Source of the DNA: Planctomycetota bacterium
GTDB lineage: Bacteria > Planctomycetota > UBA1135 > UBA2386
DNA: 64,000 nucleotides
Assembly: GCA_965228735.1 (NCBI GenBank)
Contig: OZ245838.1
Span: 4,480,001-4,544,000 of the forward strand
Direction of reading: 5' to 3'
Part shown: positions 18,748 through 28,846 of the stretch, in pieces
Numbering within the stretch: the first letter of the stretch is position 1
Layout of the letters: each line of letters starts with the position of its first letter
Made by a program: the position numbers and the translations under genes
Notes under the pieces: generated by a model
Seen by the model: only the letters and a program-made list of their open reading frames with translations
What the model was told of the DNA's origin: nothing
Database searches by the model: none

Positions 18748-19887
18748 CTACGGGTCCCGGCTGGTTGCAGCGAGGCCCCCCTGGGGATTCGGGCGCCGCA
18801 GGATGCCCGACCCGAGCGCCGCGAGGACGACGGCGAGGCCCGACCAGGCCAGCACCGGCGCGACCCGCTGCACGATCCAGACAACGAGCCCGAGATAGGC
18901 CGCGCCGCCCACGACCAGCGCCCCGGCGCGCAGCCCACCCGCCCGAACCCACATCCCACACAGCGCTGGCACGCGCTCCAAGGGCACGAAGACCCACAGC
19001 AGCAGCCAGACGCGCGCGAACGGCCCGGTGTCCATCGTCGCCCACGTCATCAGGTGGAACCCGGTCGCCGCGGGCAGATAGAACCACCTGCTGCGCGGCC
19101 ACAGCAGCACGACGGGAAACGTCGTCTGGACGAAAACGGTACCAATGCTCTGCAGCTGACAGAGCCACACGTCAGCGCCGATCACGCGCGACAGCGGCCC
19201 GTCGTGGCCGAGCATGATGCCCTGCAGCGTGTAGCCGTTGAACCAGTCGAGGCCTCCGAGCAGCAGCTTGGCGAGCCCCGCACCGCAGTAGCCGAGCGCG
19301 AGCGTGAACGCCGTGAGGGTGATCGGCAGCGCCGCGACCGGCGTGGTCGGCGCGGCGGGCACCGCGGACTCGGAACGCGAACGCCAGCGGCGCCAACGGG
19401 CCACGAGGAGCGCGTCGAGCGACAGCCCGGCCGAAACTCGCGCGAACGGCAGTGCCAGAACCGCGAACGCGAGCGCCACCTTGTCGTGGTGCGGCTTGCC
19501 GAACGAATACGCGAGGCCGGTCCAGTAGAGGAATCCGACTGCGGCGATCGCGCATGCCAGGCGGCCGCACAGTCCGAGCATCGCGCACCCGAGAGCGACG
19601 AGCGTGACCGTATACACGACGTGCGCCGCCTCCGCTCCGATCGGCTGCACCCCGAGCAATTCGAAGTAGTAGATCGGCGTCCACGGTCTGGTCGGGCCAC
19701 CGTCGCTGACCGCGGCCGCGTCCGCGAACACCGGCCCGGAGTAGAGCACGACGTCGTAGAACGCGACGAACGCGATCAACGCGCGCACGGCTCCGAGCCG
19801 CGCCGCCGGAACCGGTGCGAGGAACCAGCGCTCGACCGTCTCGAACGCGCGGCCGAGCGCCGTCGGTGCAGTCACTCCGCGACTCAT
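18748..19887 (-). CDS. HTTM-domain-like polytopic membrane protein
   Basis: WF..P.PAARLGAVR, YSFGKPHH, YCGAGLAKL, W.NGYTLQ, GFHLMTWATM; multiple TM helices. Confidence 0.7.
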   Translation of the reverse strand: MSRGVTAPTALGRAFETVERWFLAPVPAARLGAVRALIAFVAFYDVVLYSGPVFADAAAVSDGGPTRPWTPIYYFELLGVQPIGAEAAHVVYTVTLVALGCAMLGLCGRLACAIAAVGFLYWTGLAYSFGKPHHDKVALAFAVLALPFARVSAGLSLDALLVARWRRWRSRSESAVPAAPTTPVAALPITLTAFTLALGYCGAGLAKLLLGGLDWFNGYTLQGIMLGHDGPLSRVIGADVWLCQLQSIGTVFVQTTFPVVLLWPRSRWFYLPAATGFHLMTWATMDTGPFARVWLLLWVFVPLERVPALCGMWVRAGGLRAGALVVGGAAYLGLVVWIVQRVAPVLAWSGLAVVLAALGSGILRRPNPQGGLAATSRDP

Positions 19888-21347
19888 TCCGTTCGGTAGT
19901 GGACCATGACCGTCGGCGCCGCGTAGACGGGACCGTTCCGCGTCAGCCGAATGCGACCGTCGACGAGCACGTAGCCGACGAAACGTGGATCGTCGCGCTG
20001 CCGCGACCGCTTCACGAGTTGCCAGAGCTCATCGCGGCGCGCATCGTCGCCGTGCACGACCTCGCCGAGGACCTGCCAGTAGCCGTCCTGGATGACGCCG
20101 ATCGCGTGCGGCTCGCGCCGCAGCCACTCGCCTGCGGCGGTCAGCGCGTAGATCCGCGCGCGATGCAACACGTCGCCTTCGTGCCAGTTCTCCGTGTACA
20201 TCGAGAACCCGACGAACGGCCAGCTGCGGCCGTAGCCGAGCGTCGCGGCGAGCAGTTGGAGGCCGACGACCGCGACCAGGGCGGTGCGAACGCCCGCGAC
20301 GATCACGCGGCGCCAGCCCGTCGCGCGTGCCGACCAGAGCGCCAGGCCGAACACGAGCAGCACGGCGCCGAACGCCAGCGGCAGCAGCGTCCGCGGATCG
20401 AAGCGGGTCGGCAGCGGCACGTGCACGCGATAGCGCGCGACGACGGTGCGCCGCAGGTCGCGATCGACGGCATGCACCTCGACGGTGTGCCGGCCTGGTC
20501 GGAGTCCGGTCAGGGCGCCGTCGATCGGCCGCAGCAGATGGTGATGCACGTTGCGTTGGCGCAACGTCGCGCCCCCTGACGCAGCGACCCGGAGTGCGAT
20601 CGGCACCGTGCCATCGCTGCTCGCGGTCACCCGACGCAGAGATGGCTGGCGCTGGGATGTCGGGCCCGGGGTTGTCGGGAACTGGGTTGTCGGGTCGGTA
20701 TCGTCGGCGACGAGTCGCGGCGGCGGGCCGCGGTCGGGACGATAGGAGAACGCACCCGTCGCGGTCTGCAGCACGAGCTTGGCATTGCTCGCGCCAGCGG
20801 TCGCGGTCACTCCGAGATAGGGTCCGGGCGGCACGCCGTCGGCTGCACCGAACGTCCGGCCGAACCCGAACCGGGCATCGACGACCCCGAACGCCCGCTC
20901 GGTGCAGAGCCACACGCGCCCGGCGGCGTCGCAGTGCACCCCGACGGGCGCGCCGGGTGGCACGCCGTCGGCCAGATCCGCGCCGTCGAGCACGAGGTGG
21001 TCGCGGTCGCAGACGAACAGGCCGCGCTCGCAAGCGACGAAAACGGTGCCGTGCGGGTGCCGCGTGAAGGCCCGGCACGCGCCCGTCGGCGCGCTGCGCG
21101 CCAGTGGCCGTCGGCCCGCCGGCGTGACCGCGACGACCTCGCCGGCGACCAGCTCCAGCACCAGGCCATCGGCGAGCGGCAACTGCGTCGGGGCCGCGAC
21201 CGCGGCGTTTGCCCCCGCCGCCAGCCGCTCGAAAGCCGCCGTTTCGCCCTCCTGGGCCGCGAGCGGTCCGGCCAGGCCGAGCGCTGCGAGGCGAATCGCC
21301 GCCCTCGCGAGCCCTCCCGGCGACGGTTTCTCTGCTCGCGTGGCCAC
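19884..21347 (-). CDS. Hypothetical protein: sensor-type propeller + Ig-like segment + 2 TM + C-terminal WPF..FSMY domain
   Basis: HGTVFVACERGLF, AGRVWLCTERAFG, ADGVP repeats; LRPGRHTVEVHAVD; WPFVGFSMYT. Stop overlaps the HTTM gene start. Confidence 0.65.
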   Translation of the reverse strand: MATRAEKPSPGGLARAAIRLAALGLAGPLAAQEGETAAFERLAAGANAAVAAPTQLPLADGLVLELVAGEVVAVTPAGRRPLARSAPTGACRAFTRHPHGTVFVACERGLFVCDRDHLVLDGADLADGVPPGAPVGVHCDAAGRVWLCTERAFGVVDARFGFGRTFGAADGVPPGPYLGVTATAGASNAKLVLQTATGAFSYRPDRGPPPRLVADDTDPTTQFPTTPGPTSQRQPSLRRVTASSDGTVPIALRVAASGGATLRQRNVHHHLLRPIDGALTGLRPGRHTVEVHAVDRDLRRTVVARYRVHVPLPTRFDPRTLLPLAFGAVLLVFGLALWSARATGWRRVIVAGVRTALVAVVGLQLLAATLGYGRSWPFVGFSMYTENWHEGDVLHRARIYALTAAGEWLRREPHAIGVIQDGYWQVLGEVVHGDDARRDELWQLVKRSRQRDDPRFVGYVLVDGRIRLTRNGPVYAAPTVMVHYRTE

Positions 21348-21453
21348 GTTCCAAGCTTACACCGGAGGGAAGTGCCGGCTCCGTCGTCCGAAACGATCCG
21401 GCCCCGGACTGAACCCAGCAGGCGCCCGACCCGATCCGTAGACTGCTCGACTC

Positions 21454-23781
21454 ATGATGCTCGCGATGCTCCACCGCCGTTGTCTTGCACTCTGCCTCGC
21501 GTTGACCCCGACGCTCGCTGCCCAAACTCCCAGCAGCCCGCCCCCCGGCGGTCAGACCACAGGCAGCACCTCGCCAGCAGGCCAAGACGGCGAATGGAGC
21601 GGTGACCGGCTCGCCACCGAGTCGCAGGGCTTTCAGAACGAGAGCCTCGTGACCAAGCTCGAGCAGATCGGCACGCTGCTCCAGAACCAGGCCGCGGCCT
21701 ACTCCGCGATCGTCGCGCGGATCCACGGCGACCACCGCGAATACCTGCTGAAGATCGATCGGCTGATCGACGAGCTGACCGACGAGCGCTGGTCCGTGCG
21801 CGAGCAGGCCGAACGCACGTTGATCGAGATCGGCGGCCGCGCCAAGGCGATGATCCTGCAGCACCGCGACGAATACGATTACGTGGAGCAACGCCTGCGC
21901 TGCGCCCGCATCCTCGACGCGCTCGCCGCGAAGGGCACCGAGCAGGAGGATCGCGAACAGCGTCTGCTGCGCGGCCTCGTCCAGACGGCGCTCTACCTGA
22001 AGCCCGAGCCACGACTGCTGCGCGCGTTGCGCAGCGCGCTCGGCCACACGGATCCGAGCGTCGTCGCGGGCGCGATTCGCGCCCTCGGCAAGCTCGGTGG
22101 CGACGACGAGGTCGGCGCCGTCGAGCAGATGCTCGAATGGAAGGGCGGCATGCACCGCACGACGACGGTCGCCGCGCTCGCCCGCATGCAGTCGGACAAG
22201 GCGCTGGCCGTCTGCGAGCGGCTGCTGACCGATCCGGCCAACGACGACACGACCGAGAAGTTCGTCATGCTGCGCGCGCTGCACTCCCGCACGGACGCCG
22301 GCGCGCAGCAGCTGCTCGGCCGGCTCGGCGCCAACAAGGACAAGCTCGTCGCTGCTGGCGCGAAGATCGCGGCCGGGGGCGGCGCCGTGACGCCGGCGCT
22401 GTTCTCGCTGCCGGACCGCAGCAAGGTCGAGGCCGGGTTCGGCGGCTTCTTCGGCGAGTCGGTGCTCGCCCACGACGGCTTCGCCGGGTTGCCGGTCGCC
22501 GAGCTCGCGTTCCAGGACGCGGACACGATCGACTTCGCGCACGACAAACAACCCGTGAGCGGCGCGCGCGTGTTCCTCAACCAGGGCAGTCTCGTGATCG
22601 GCGATGTCGTCGCCATCGATCCCGAGGGTCTGCGGCTGCGCTCCGAGATGTTCGGCGAGCTCACGCTGGCACGCGGCGAGATCCAGGGCCTCGCGCTCGA
22701 TCCGGACCTCGATCGGCTCGTGGGCGCATCCACCGATCACGACCGCATCCGGCTGCGTGACGACACGTTCCTCGACGGCCAGATCCAGGCCACGGACGGT
22801 GAGTCGATCCGCTTCGAGGACCTCGAGGGCAAGACCCAGACGGTCGAGCTCAGCAAGGTCGCGGGCATCCTGTTCACCCGCCCGCGCGTGGTGGAGACCG
22901 ACAACACGCTCTACACGCGGCTCGACCTCGTGACGGGCGAACGCCTGATCGCGTTCGTGGCGGCGGCTTCGGGCTCCGAGGTCGCGATCGTCGCGCCGCA
23001 GCTCGGCTCGGCCGTCGTGCCGCTGCAGAAGGTGCACCACCTCGAGCTCGGCGTCGGCGGCGGCGCGCTCTGGGGCTTCACGCTCGTCGCGGACTACAGC
23101 GACAACCGCGTCGTCGAGATCGACGACCAGGGTCGCATCGTGTTCGTGCTCGAGGACGTCTTCGGCGCGTGGGACGCGGAGTGCCTCGACAACGGCAATC
23201 TGCTGATCACCGAGTTCTCCGTGAGTCGCGTGCAGGAGCTCAACCGCAAGGGCGAGCAGGTATGGGTCTACGAAGAGCTGAAGAACCCGTACGACGCGGA
23301 CCGCTTGCCCAACGGCAACACGCTCATCGCCGACACGTTCGGCAGCCGCATCGTCGAGGTCAACCGCGAGGGCCAGGAGGTGTGGACCTTCGACATGAAC
23401 ATCCGGCCGTTCGACTGCGACCGCCTGCCCAACGGCAACACCCTCATCGCCGACGTGCTGAAGGACCGGGTGATCGAGGTCAGCAAGGAGGGCGAGATCG
23501 TCTGGGAGGCCAAGAACCTGCCCAACGTCCACGATGCCGACCGCCTGCCCAACGGCAACACGCTCGTGACGCTGCGCAACAAGGGCGTCGTGCTCGAACT
23601 CGACCGCGAGAGCAACGTCGTGTGGCAGATCACGAGCCTGAGCTCACCGAGCGATGCCGACCGGCTGCCGAACGGCCACACGCTCGTCGCGGAGAACACG
23701 CAGGTGCGCGAGTTCGATCGCCGCGGCAACGAGGTGTGGAAGAAGGAGACGAGCTGGGCCGTCGAGGTCAACCGCTACTGA
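21454..23781 (+). CDS. Secreted HEAT-repeat + beta-propeller protein
   Basis: HEAT-like LTDERWSVREQA, LGHTDPSVVAGAIRALG; about five C-terminal repeats DADRLPNGNTL. Confidence 0.8.
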   Translation: MMLAMLHRRCLALCLALTPTLAAQTPSSPPPGGQTTGSTSPAGQDGEWSGDRLATESQGFQNESLVTKLEQIGTLLQNQAAAYSAIVARIHGDHREYLLKIDRLIDELTDERWSVREQAERTLIEIGGRAKAMILQHRDEYDYVEQRLRCARILDALAAKGTEQEDREQRLLRGLVQTALYLKPEPRLLRALRSALGHTDPSVVAGAIRALGKLGGDDEVGAVEQMLEWKGGMHRTTTVAALARMQSDKALAVCERLLTDPANDDTTEKFVMLRALHSRTDAGAQQLLGRLGANKDKLVAAGAKIAAGGGAVTPALFSLPDRSKVEAGFGGFFGESVLAHDGFAGLPVAELAFQDADTIDFAHDKQPVSGARVFLNQGSLVIGDVVAIDPEGLRLRSEMFGELTLARGEIQGLALDPDLDRLVGASTDHDRIRLRDDTFLDGQIQATDGESIRFEDLEGKTQTVELSKVAGILFTRPRVVETDNTLYTRLDLVTGERLIAFVAAASGSEVAIVAPQLGSAVVPLQKVHHLELGVGGGALWGFTLVADYSDNRVVEIDDQGRIVFVLEDVFGAWDAECLDNGNLLITEFSVSRVQELNRKGEQVWVYEELKNPYDADRLPNGNTLIADTFGSRIVEVNREGQEVWTFDMNIRPFDCDRLPNGNTLIADVLKDRVIEVSKEGEIVWEAKNLPNVHDADRLPNGNTLVTLRNKGVVLELDRESNVVWQITSLSSPSDADRLPNGHTLVAENTQVREFDRRGNEVWKKETSWAVEVNRY

Positions 23782-23812
23782 TCGCGCAACCGACTGCCGC
23801 GTCGCCGATGCG

Positions 23813-25603
23813 TCAGTCGATCACCGCCCGCAGCTCGGCCGGCACGGGCCGCCGCTTGATCACCGCGCGCACGGCCTCGACGCGCTCGGAATCGCCGTCC
23901 TCCGCGGCCTGGCTCAGCTCGAACAGCTGCTGCCGCAGCAGCGCATCCGGCCCGCCCGTCTCGGCCGCGATCGCGAACCACGGGTAGGCCGCGGCCGGCC
24001 CGTCGGTCAGCAGGACCTGCACGCCGCGCTCGTACGCGGGCCCGCGTAGCGCCGCGCGCGCCGACTCCCAGTTCGTCGCCGTCGGTGCGAGCTCGTTCGC
24101 CGCGGCGAGCTCGGCGTCGAACATCGACCACGTGTCGCGCCAGCGCTCGGGCACGTCGTCGCCGATCTCCGCGCGGAGCGCGGTCGCCGCGATCACGTCA
24201 CCGTTCTGGAAGCGCCAGAGTGCGCGTTCGTACGGCCAGTCGACGCACCACACGACGACGGCCGTCACCACCGCGATCAGCGTCGCTCCGAGCACGGCGA
24301 ACCGCAGCCGGCGGCCCGCGCGGTCGAAGCGCGCGCGGAAGTCGGTGTCCTGTTCGTAGCGTGCCATCGTCGACAGTCGCGTCGACTCGTCGGGATGCAG
24401 GCTCGCGAGCCGACCGAAGAAGTGGCGCCGCAGCGGCATGGTGCCGTTCATCACGACCTGCAGCGCGCGCGAGCACGGCCCGGCGCCGAGCGCCCGCACC
24501 GACGCGATGTCCGCCTCGAGTTCGAAACGGTGCGCGAGAGAACGCACGACGAGCCAGATCATGCCGCCGATCAAGAGGCCCGCCGCAATCTGCAGCACGG
24601 GATCCACGTCGCCGACCGGCAGCAAGCTCAACGGATGCAGCAGCAGCATCGGCAGCACGACGGCGAGCAGCATCAGCAGACCCGGGTGTCCCATGCGCGC
24701 GTGGCCGACCTCGTGGGCGACCACGCCCGCGAGCGCGTCGGCGTCCAACATGCGAACGAGCCCGTCCGTGATGCAGAGACAGCGCGACGCGGGCAGGGGC
24801 CCGACCATCATCGCGTTGATCGCCGTCATCCCGGTCGGCAGCAGCAGCACGCGCGATGGTTGGAAGCCGAGCGTCGCGGCCGTCATCCGCAGTTCGGCGC
24901 CGAGCGGCTCGGGGAAACGCGTCGACGTGCGAAATGCGAAGCGAAACAGCAGCGGCAACGTGATCGCGGCAGCCACGAGCAGCGCGAGGAAACCGACGGT
25001 GAGACCCAGGGACGTGCCGAGCACGAACGTGTAGAGCGGCCGCCACAGGGCGAGCAGGTCGAGTCCGACACCGATCAGCACCCACGGCAGCGTGACGAGC
25101 ACGACCCAGCCGAGCCGCAACCGGACCACGGGCCACAGCTCCGCGACGGTCGGGAGCGTGCGACGGGTGACACCGCGCCGGTGCGCCACTTCGATCGCGA
25201 GCTCCGTCCAGACGCTCAGCTGCGTCGCGAGCACGATGCGCGGCAGCTCGACGACGAGCAGCGGCAGCAGCAGCAGCAGCAGGGTCAACGCGTTGCTGAA
25301 TCCCACCCACTGCCAGACGAAGTCCGGCCAGCCGCCCCAGGTGAAGAGCGCCAGCACGACGAGCGGCGACGCCGAGATCGCGAGTCGTTGCAGGATCGCC
25401 GGGCCGCCGAACGTGTCGCGCCCGCGCGCGAGGTCCCAGCGCAGGAGCACGCGGCCGAGCAGCACGAGCGCGATCGGCAGCGCGAGCGCCGCTGCCGTGA
25501 GCCACAGCTGGGTCGGGTCACCGCTGCCGGCGATCGACGGGTCGAGCTCCCGCGCCCCGAAAACGACGAGCAGCCCGATCAGGAAGACGACGGGCAACCC
25601 CAC
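23813..25603 (-). CDS. M48 family (HtpX/Ste24-like) membrane zinc metalloprotease
   Basis: INAMMVG, ITDGL, VVAHEVGH, FELEAD, LHP; many TM segments. Confidence 0.85.
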   Translation of the reverse strand: MGLPVVFLIGLLVVFGARELDPSIAGSGDPTQLWLTAAALALPIALVLLGRVLLRWDLARGRDTFGGPAILQRLAISASPLVVLALFTWGGWPDFVWQWVGFSNALTLLLLLLPLLVVELPRIVLATQLSVWTELAIEVAHRRGVTRRTLPTVAELWPVVRLRLGWVVLVTLPWVLIGVGLDLLALWRPLYTFVLGTSLGLTVGFLALLVAAAITLPLLFRFAFRTSTRFPEPLGAELRMTAATLGFQPSRVLLLPTGMTAINAMMVGPLPASRCLCITDGLVRMLDADALAGVVAHEVGHARMGHPGLLMLLAVVLPMLLLHPLSLLPVGDVDPVLQIAAGLLIGGMIWLVVRSLAHRFELEADIASVRALGAGPCSRALQVVMNGTMPLRRHFFGRLASLHPDESTRLSTMARYEQDTDFRARFDRAGRRLRFAVLGATLIAVVTAVVVWCVDWPYERALWRFQNGDVIAATALRAEIGDDVPERWRDTWSMFDAELAAANELAPTATNWESARAALRGPAYERGVQVLLTDGPAAAYPWFAIAAETGGPDALLRQQLFELSQAAEDGDSERVEAVRAVIKRRPVPAELRAVID

Positions 25604-26692
25604 TCAGCGTCGTCCTGCCCGCGGTCCCGTGGCTTTCGTTCGCGGTTTCGGACTGTGCTCGAGCGCGCGTTCGAGCAGCGCATCGAACCCGCTCTGCTGA
25701 CGCAGCGCATCGATCTCCGGATCGGTCTCCCACACCCGCCGTTCGACCTTGTGCGAGCTGTCGACGTCCGGGGAGGCCTGCAGCTCGACGGCCCGCCGCA
25801 GCGCCGCCATGCCGTGCTCGATCTGACCCGCGAGCGAATGCAGGCACGCCGCCCAGTACCAGTCCACGGGCTTGAGCTGCACGTCGCCGTCCTGCGCGAC
25901 CTTCTGCAGCGTGCGGTGCGTCGCGGCCGCCGCGCGGTAGTTGCGCAGCTGGTAGTGCAGATCGGCGAGCATCAACAACGTGCGAACCCGTTCGAACGCG
26001 TCGCCCTCGACGCTCTGCCGCTGCAGCTCGTCGAGCCGCGGCTGGATGAAGCGCTTCTCGCCCCACTGATAGAGCATGCACGACAGCGCCTGGCGCAGAT
26101 CGCGCGGTTCGAGCGCCTCGTCCTCGACGATCGCGACCACACCTTCGACCGTCCCTTCGTCCGGCCGCTCGGTCTGCAGATCGCGCAGCGCCGGGACGAG
26201 ATGCACGCGATGCGTGTGCGGATACCAGTCCGGAGTCTCGAGCAGCCAGCCGAAGAACAGCGTCGTGACGAACGGCCGCAGCGGCTGCAGCCCGTCGTAT
26301 TGACCGGCGTAGATCACGCCGCTGGTCGTCTGCTCCTTGAGGAACGCGAGCGCGGTCTGCGTTGCGACGCTCTTGACGCCGCGCGCGCGCGGGCTCTCGG
26401 TGTCGTCGCCGACGGCGGTCAGCTCGCGACCGAGCAGCGGCAGCCCGACCTTGCGCCTGGCCAGCATCGCCGCGACGGTCCGCTCCATGAGCTCGGGCGA
26501 CGACTGTTCGGACGCGATCCAGGCCTGCAGCGCGGCGGCCGGCTCGGGGTGCTGGGGGTCCTGCGTCGCGCTCGACTCCGACGGCGCCGGGGCTTGGGCC
26601 CGGGCCCGGGCCACGGCTGGCGCCGGCAGGCCCACGGCACAACCGACGACCGCCGCAACCAGCAGTCCAGGCCCGATGCGTGTCGCTCTCAT
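25604..26692 (-). CDS. Secreted hypothetical protein with C-terminal TPR
   Basis: WYWAACLHSLAG..EHGMAALRRAV...DPEIDALR; signal peptide. Confidence 0.7.
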   Translation of the reverse strand: MRATRIGPGLLVAAVVGCAVGLPAPAVARARAQAPAPSESSATQDPQHPEPAAALQAWIASEQSSPELMERTVAAMLARRKVGLPLLGRELTAVGDDTESPRARGVKSVATQTALAFLKEQTTSGVIYAGQYDGLQPLRPFVTTLFFGWLLETPDWYPHTHRVHLVPALRDLQTERPDEGTVEGVVAIVEDEALEPRDLRQALSCMLYQWGEKRFIQPRLDELQRQSVEGDAFERVRTLLMLADLHYQLRNYRAAAATHRTLQKVAQDGDVQLKPVDWYWAACLHSLAGQIEHGMAALRRAVELQASPDVDSSHKVERRVWETDPEIDALRQQSGFDALLERALEHSPKPRTKATGPRAGRR

Positions 26693-26701
26693 GCCCCCCT
26701 T

Positions 26702-27376
26702 CTAGTCGCTCGCCGGGAACGGCAACAGTGGCCCGCTGCCAGGGCGTGAACCGAACGCCGCTGCCATGAGCTCTTCGACCGCCACGGCAATGCGCGCTTC
26801 GGTGTCGAGCGTGTCCGCGACGAGCACCGACGCGCGCAGCTCCGAGCCGGCGAACGACGCGTCCAGCGCCCGCACGTACTCGTGCACCGCGGCCTTGCTC
26901 GCGAGGTAGTTCGCCGCGACGTCCTTGCCCACCCCCACGGCGGCGCTGCCGACGAACGTGATCGTTCCCCGCCCCCGGCGCCGCATCCCGGGCAACGCCG
27001 CCCGGACGAGCGTCGCGCCGGACAGCAGGTTGGCCTCGACGAGCTCCGCGAGTTCGCCCGCCGGCTCCTGCCCGACGGCCGCCGTGCGGAACGCGCCGGC
27101 CGTCGAGACGACCGCGGTGAGCGGCCCGAGCGCGTCGTTGCAACCCTTGACGAAGCCGGCCGCGGCCTCGGAATCCTGCGCGCCGACGACGCCGACGAGC
27201 AGCCGCTCCGCGCCGACGTCGGCGAACCGTTCCCGGACCTTGTCGACCTGCCACGGCCGCCGCACGGCCGCGGCGAGCCGGTGCCCGTCCGCGAGCACGC
27301 GGCGCGCGAAGGCAGTGCCGAGCTGGCCGGTCACCCCGGCCAGCAGCACGACCTGATTCGAATCGGTGGTGCTCAC
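26702..27376 (-). CDS. Short-chain dehydrogenase/reductase
   Basis: AGVTGQLG Rossmann motif, GS, YLASK. Confidence 0.9.
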   Translation of the reverse strand: MSTTDSNQVVLLAGVTGQLGTAFARRVLADGHRLAAAVRRPWQVDKVRERFADVGAERLLVGVVGAQDSEAAAGFVKGCNDALGPLTAVVSTAGAFRTAAVGQEPAGELAELVEANLLSGATLVRAALPGMRRRGRGTITFVGSAAVGVGKDVAANYLASKAAVHEYVRALDASFAGSELRASVLVADTLDTEARIAVAVEELMAAAFGSRPGSGPLLPFPASD

Positions 27377-27402
27377 GCGTCGTCAGCGGAGTGGTCGTCC
27401 GA

Positions 27403-27978
27403 TCAGAAGCTGACCTTCACGTTCTGGCGTTCTGCGGCGACGTCGATCTCGAAGAACTCGGCCTGCTTGAAGTTGCCGAATCCCGCGACGATGTTGCCCG
27501 GGAACTGCTCGATCGCGTTGTTGAAGCGCATCGCGGCGTCGTTGTAGGCCTGGCGCGCGAAGCCGATCTTGTTCTCGGTCGACGTGAGCTCTTCCTGCAG
27601 CTTGAGCATCGTCTGATCGGCCTTGAGGTCGGGGTAGTTCTCCGACACGGCGAACAGGCGACCGAGCGTCTGGGTCAGCACGCCCTCGGCCTTCATCAGC
27701 TCACCGATCTTCTCCGCGTTCTTGAGGTCGACGCAGGTCTGGCGCGCCTGGATCACGGCCTCGAGCGTTTCGCGCTCGTGGTTCATGTAGCCCTTGGCCG
27801 TCTCGACGAGGTTGGGGATCAGGTCGTAACGCCGCTTGAGCTGGACGTCGATCTGGCTCCACGAGTTCTTCGTTTCGTTGCGCCGCGCCACGAGCCCGTT
27901 GTAGGTCGAAATCACCCAGAAGATGACGATGAGCGCGATGACGGCGATGACGATGACGGCGATCCAGAGTGGTTCCAT
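27403..27978 (-). CDS. lemA: LemA family protein
   Basis: YNGLV..RN...WSQIDVQLKRRYDLIPNLVET.KGY..HE; ENYPDLKAD; ENKIGFARQAYN. Confidence 0.97.
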   Translation of the reverse strand: MEPLWIAVIVIAVIALIVIFWVISTYNGLVARRNETKNSWSQIDVQLKRRYDLIPNLVETAKGYMNHERETLEAVIQARQTCVDLKNAEKIGELMKAEGVLTQTLGRLFAVSENYPDLKADQTMLKLQEELTSTENKIGFARQAYNDAAMRFNNAIEQFPGNIVAGFGNFKQAEFFEIDVAAERQNVKVSF

Positions 27979-28006
27979 GGGGCGTTCCTGACAGAAAAGG
28001 GCCGAT

Positions 28007-28846
28007 CTACTTCGTGGCCGACGGCGGCAGCGGAATGTCGCCGCGGTAGACCATTCGCGCCGGTCCTTCGATCCTAGGGACTGGCCCGTCGAGAAGCACG
28101 CGGAGCACGCCGCCGCGCAGCGAGACCGCGATCTCGTGGGCCGAGACCCGGCCCGACACGAGCGCCGCCTTGGCCGCCACCGCGGCGCCGGTGCCGCACG
28201 CCAGCGTCTCGCCGCTGCCGCGTTCGAACGTGCGCTGGTCCAGCCGATCCGGCCCGGTCACGGCGACGAACTCGACGTTCACGCCACCCGGGAAGTTCGG
28301 GTGTTCTTGCATGGCGGCGCCCACCGTCTCGACGGGCGCGGAATCGACGTCGTCGACGAACACCACCGCGTGCGGATTGCCGGCATCACCGGCGTGGTAG
28401 CTGACGTGCTGACCGCAAACGTCGAGTTCGCGTTCGGTGAGCACACGCACGTCCCCCATCGCGGTCCGCACGAGGTCGCCGCCGAGCAGCTCCACGGCGC
28501 GCGGCCCGGCATCGGTCTCGACCTCGAATGCGACCTCACGCACGTGCCCTTGCCGCTGCGCGAGCAGCGCGAGACAGCGCAGGCCGTTGCCACACATCGC
28601 GCCGCGCGAACCGTCGGCGTTCCACATGACCATCCGCACCGCGCAGCTCGAGCTCGGCGCCATCACGATGAGGCCGTCGGCGCCGATCCCGAAGTGGCGA
28701 TCGGACCAGCGGCGCGCGCATTCCGACCCGAGCTCGAGCGGGAAGTCGTTCTGCAGTGCGTCGACGTAGACGTAGTCGTTGCCCGCGCCCTGCATCTTGA
28801 AGAACGGGATCGTCGGCCCGCCGCTGGTCGCGTGTCGGTCACTCAT
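28007..28846 (-). CDS. dapF: Diaminopimelate epimerase
   Basis: KMQGAGNDY, RHFGIGADGL, MCGNGLRC, GNPHAV, ERGSGETLACGTG. Confidence 0.97.
   Translation of the reverse strand: MSDRHATSGGPTIPFFKMQGAGNDYVYVDALQNDFPLELGSECARRWSDRHFGIGADGLIVMAPSSSCAVRMVMWNADGSRGAMCGNGLRCLALLAQRQGHVREVAFEVETDAGPRAVELLGGDLVRTAMGDVRVLTERELDVCGQHVSYHAGDAGNPHAVVFVDDVDSAPVETVGAAMQEHPNFPGGVNVEFVAVTGPDRLDQRTFERGSGETLACGTGAAVAAKAALVSGRVSAHEIAVSLRGGVLRVLLDGPVPRIEGPARMVYRGDIPLPPSATK

Noticed and set aside
25601..25606. TGA directly followed by in-frame GTG (TPR gene to M48 gene)
   Set aside because: The upstream C-terminus is a low-complexity tail and the M48 gene has its own hydrophobic N-terminus; ordinary tight coupling is sufficient.
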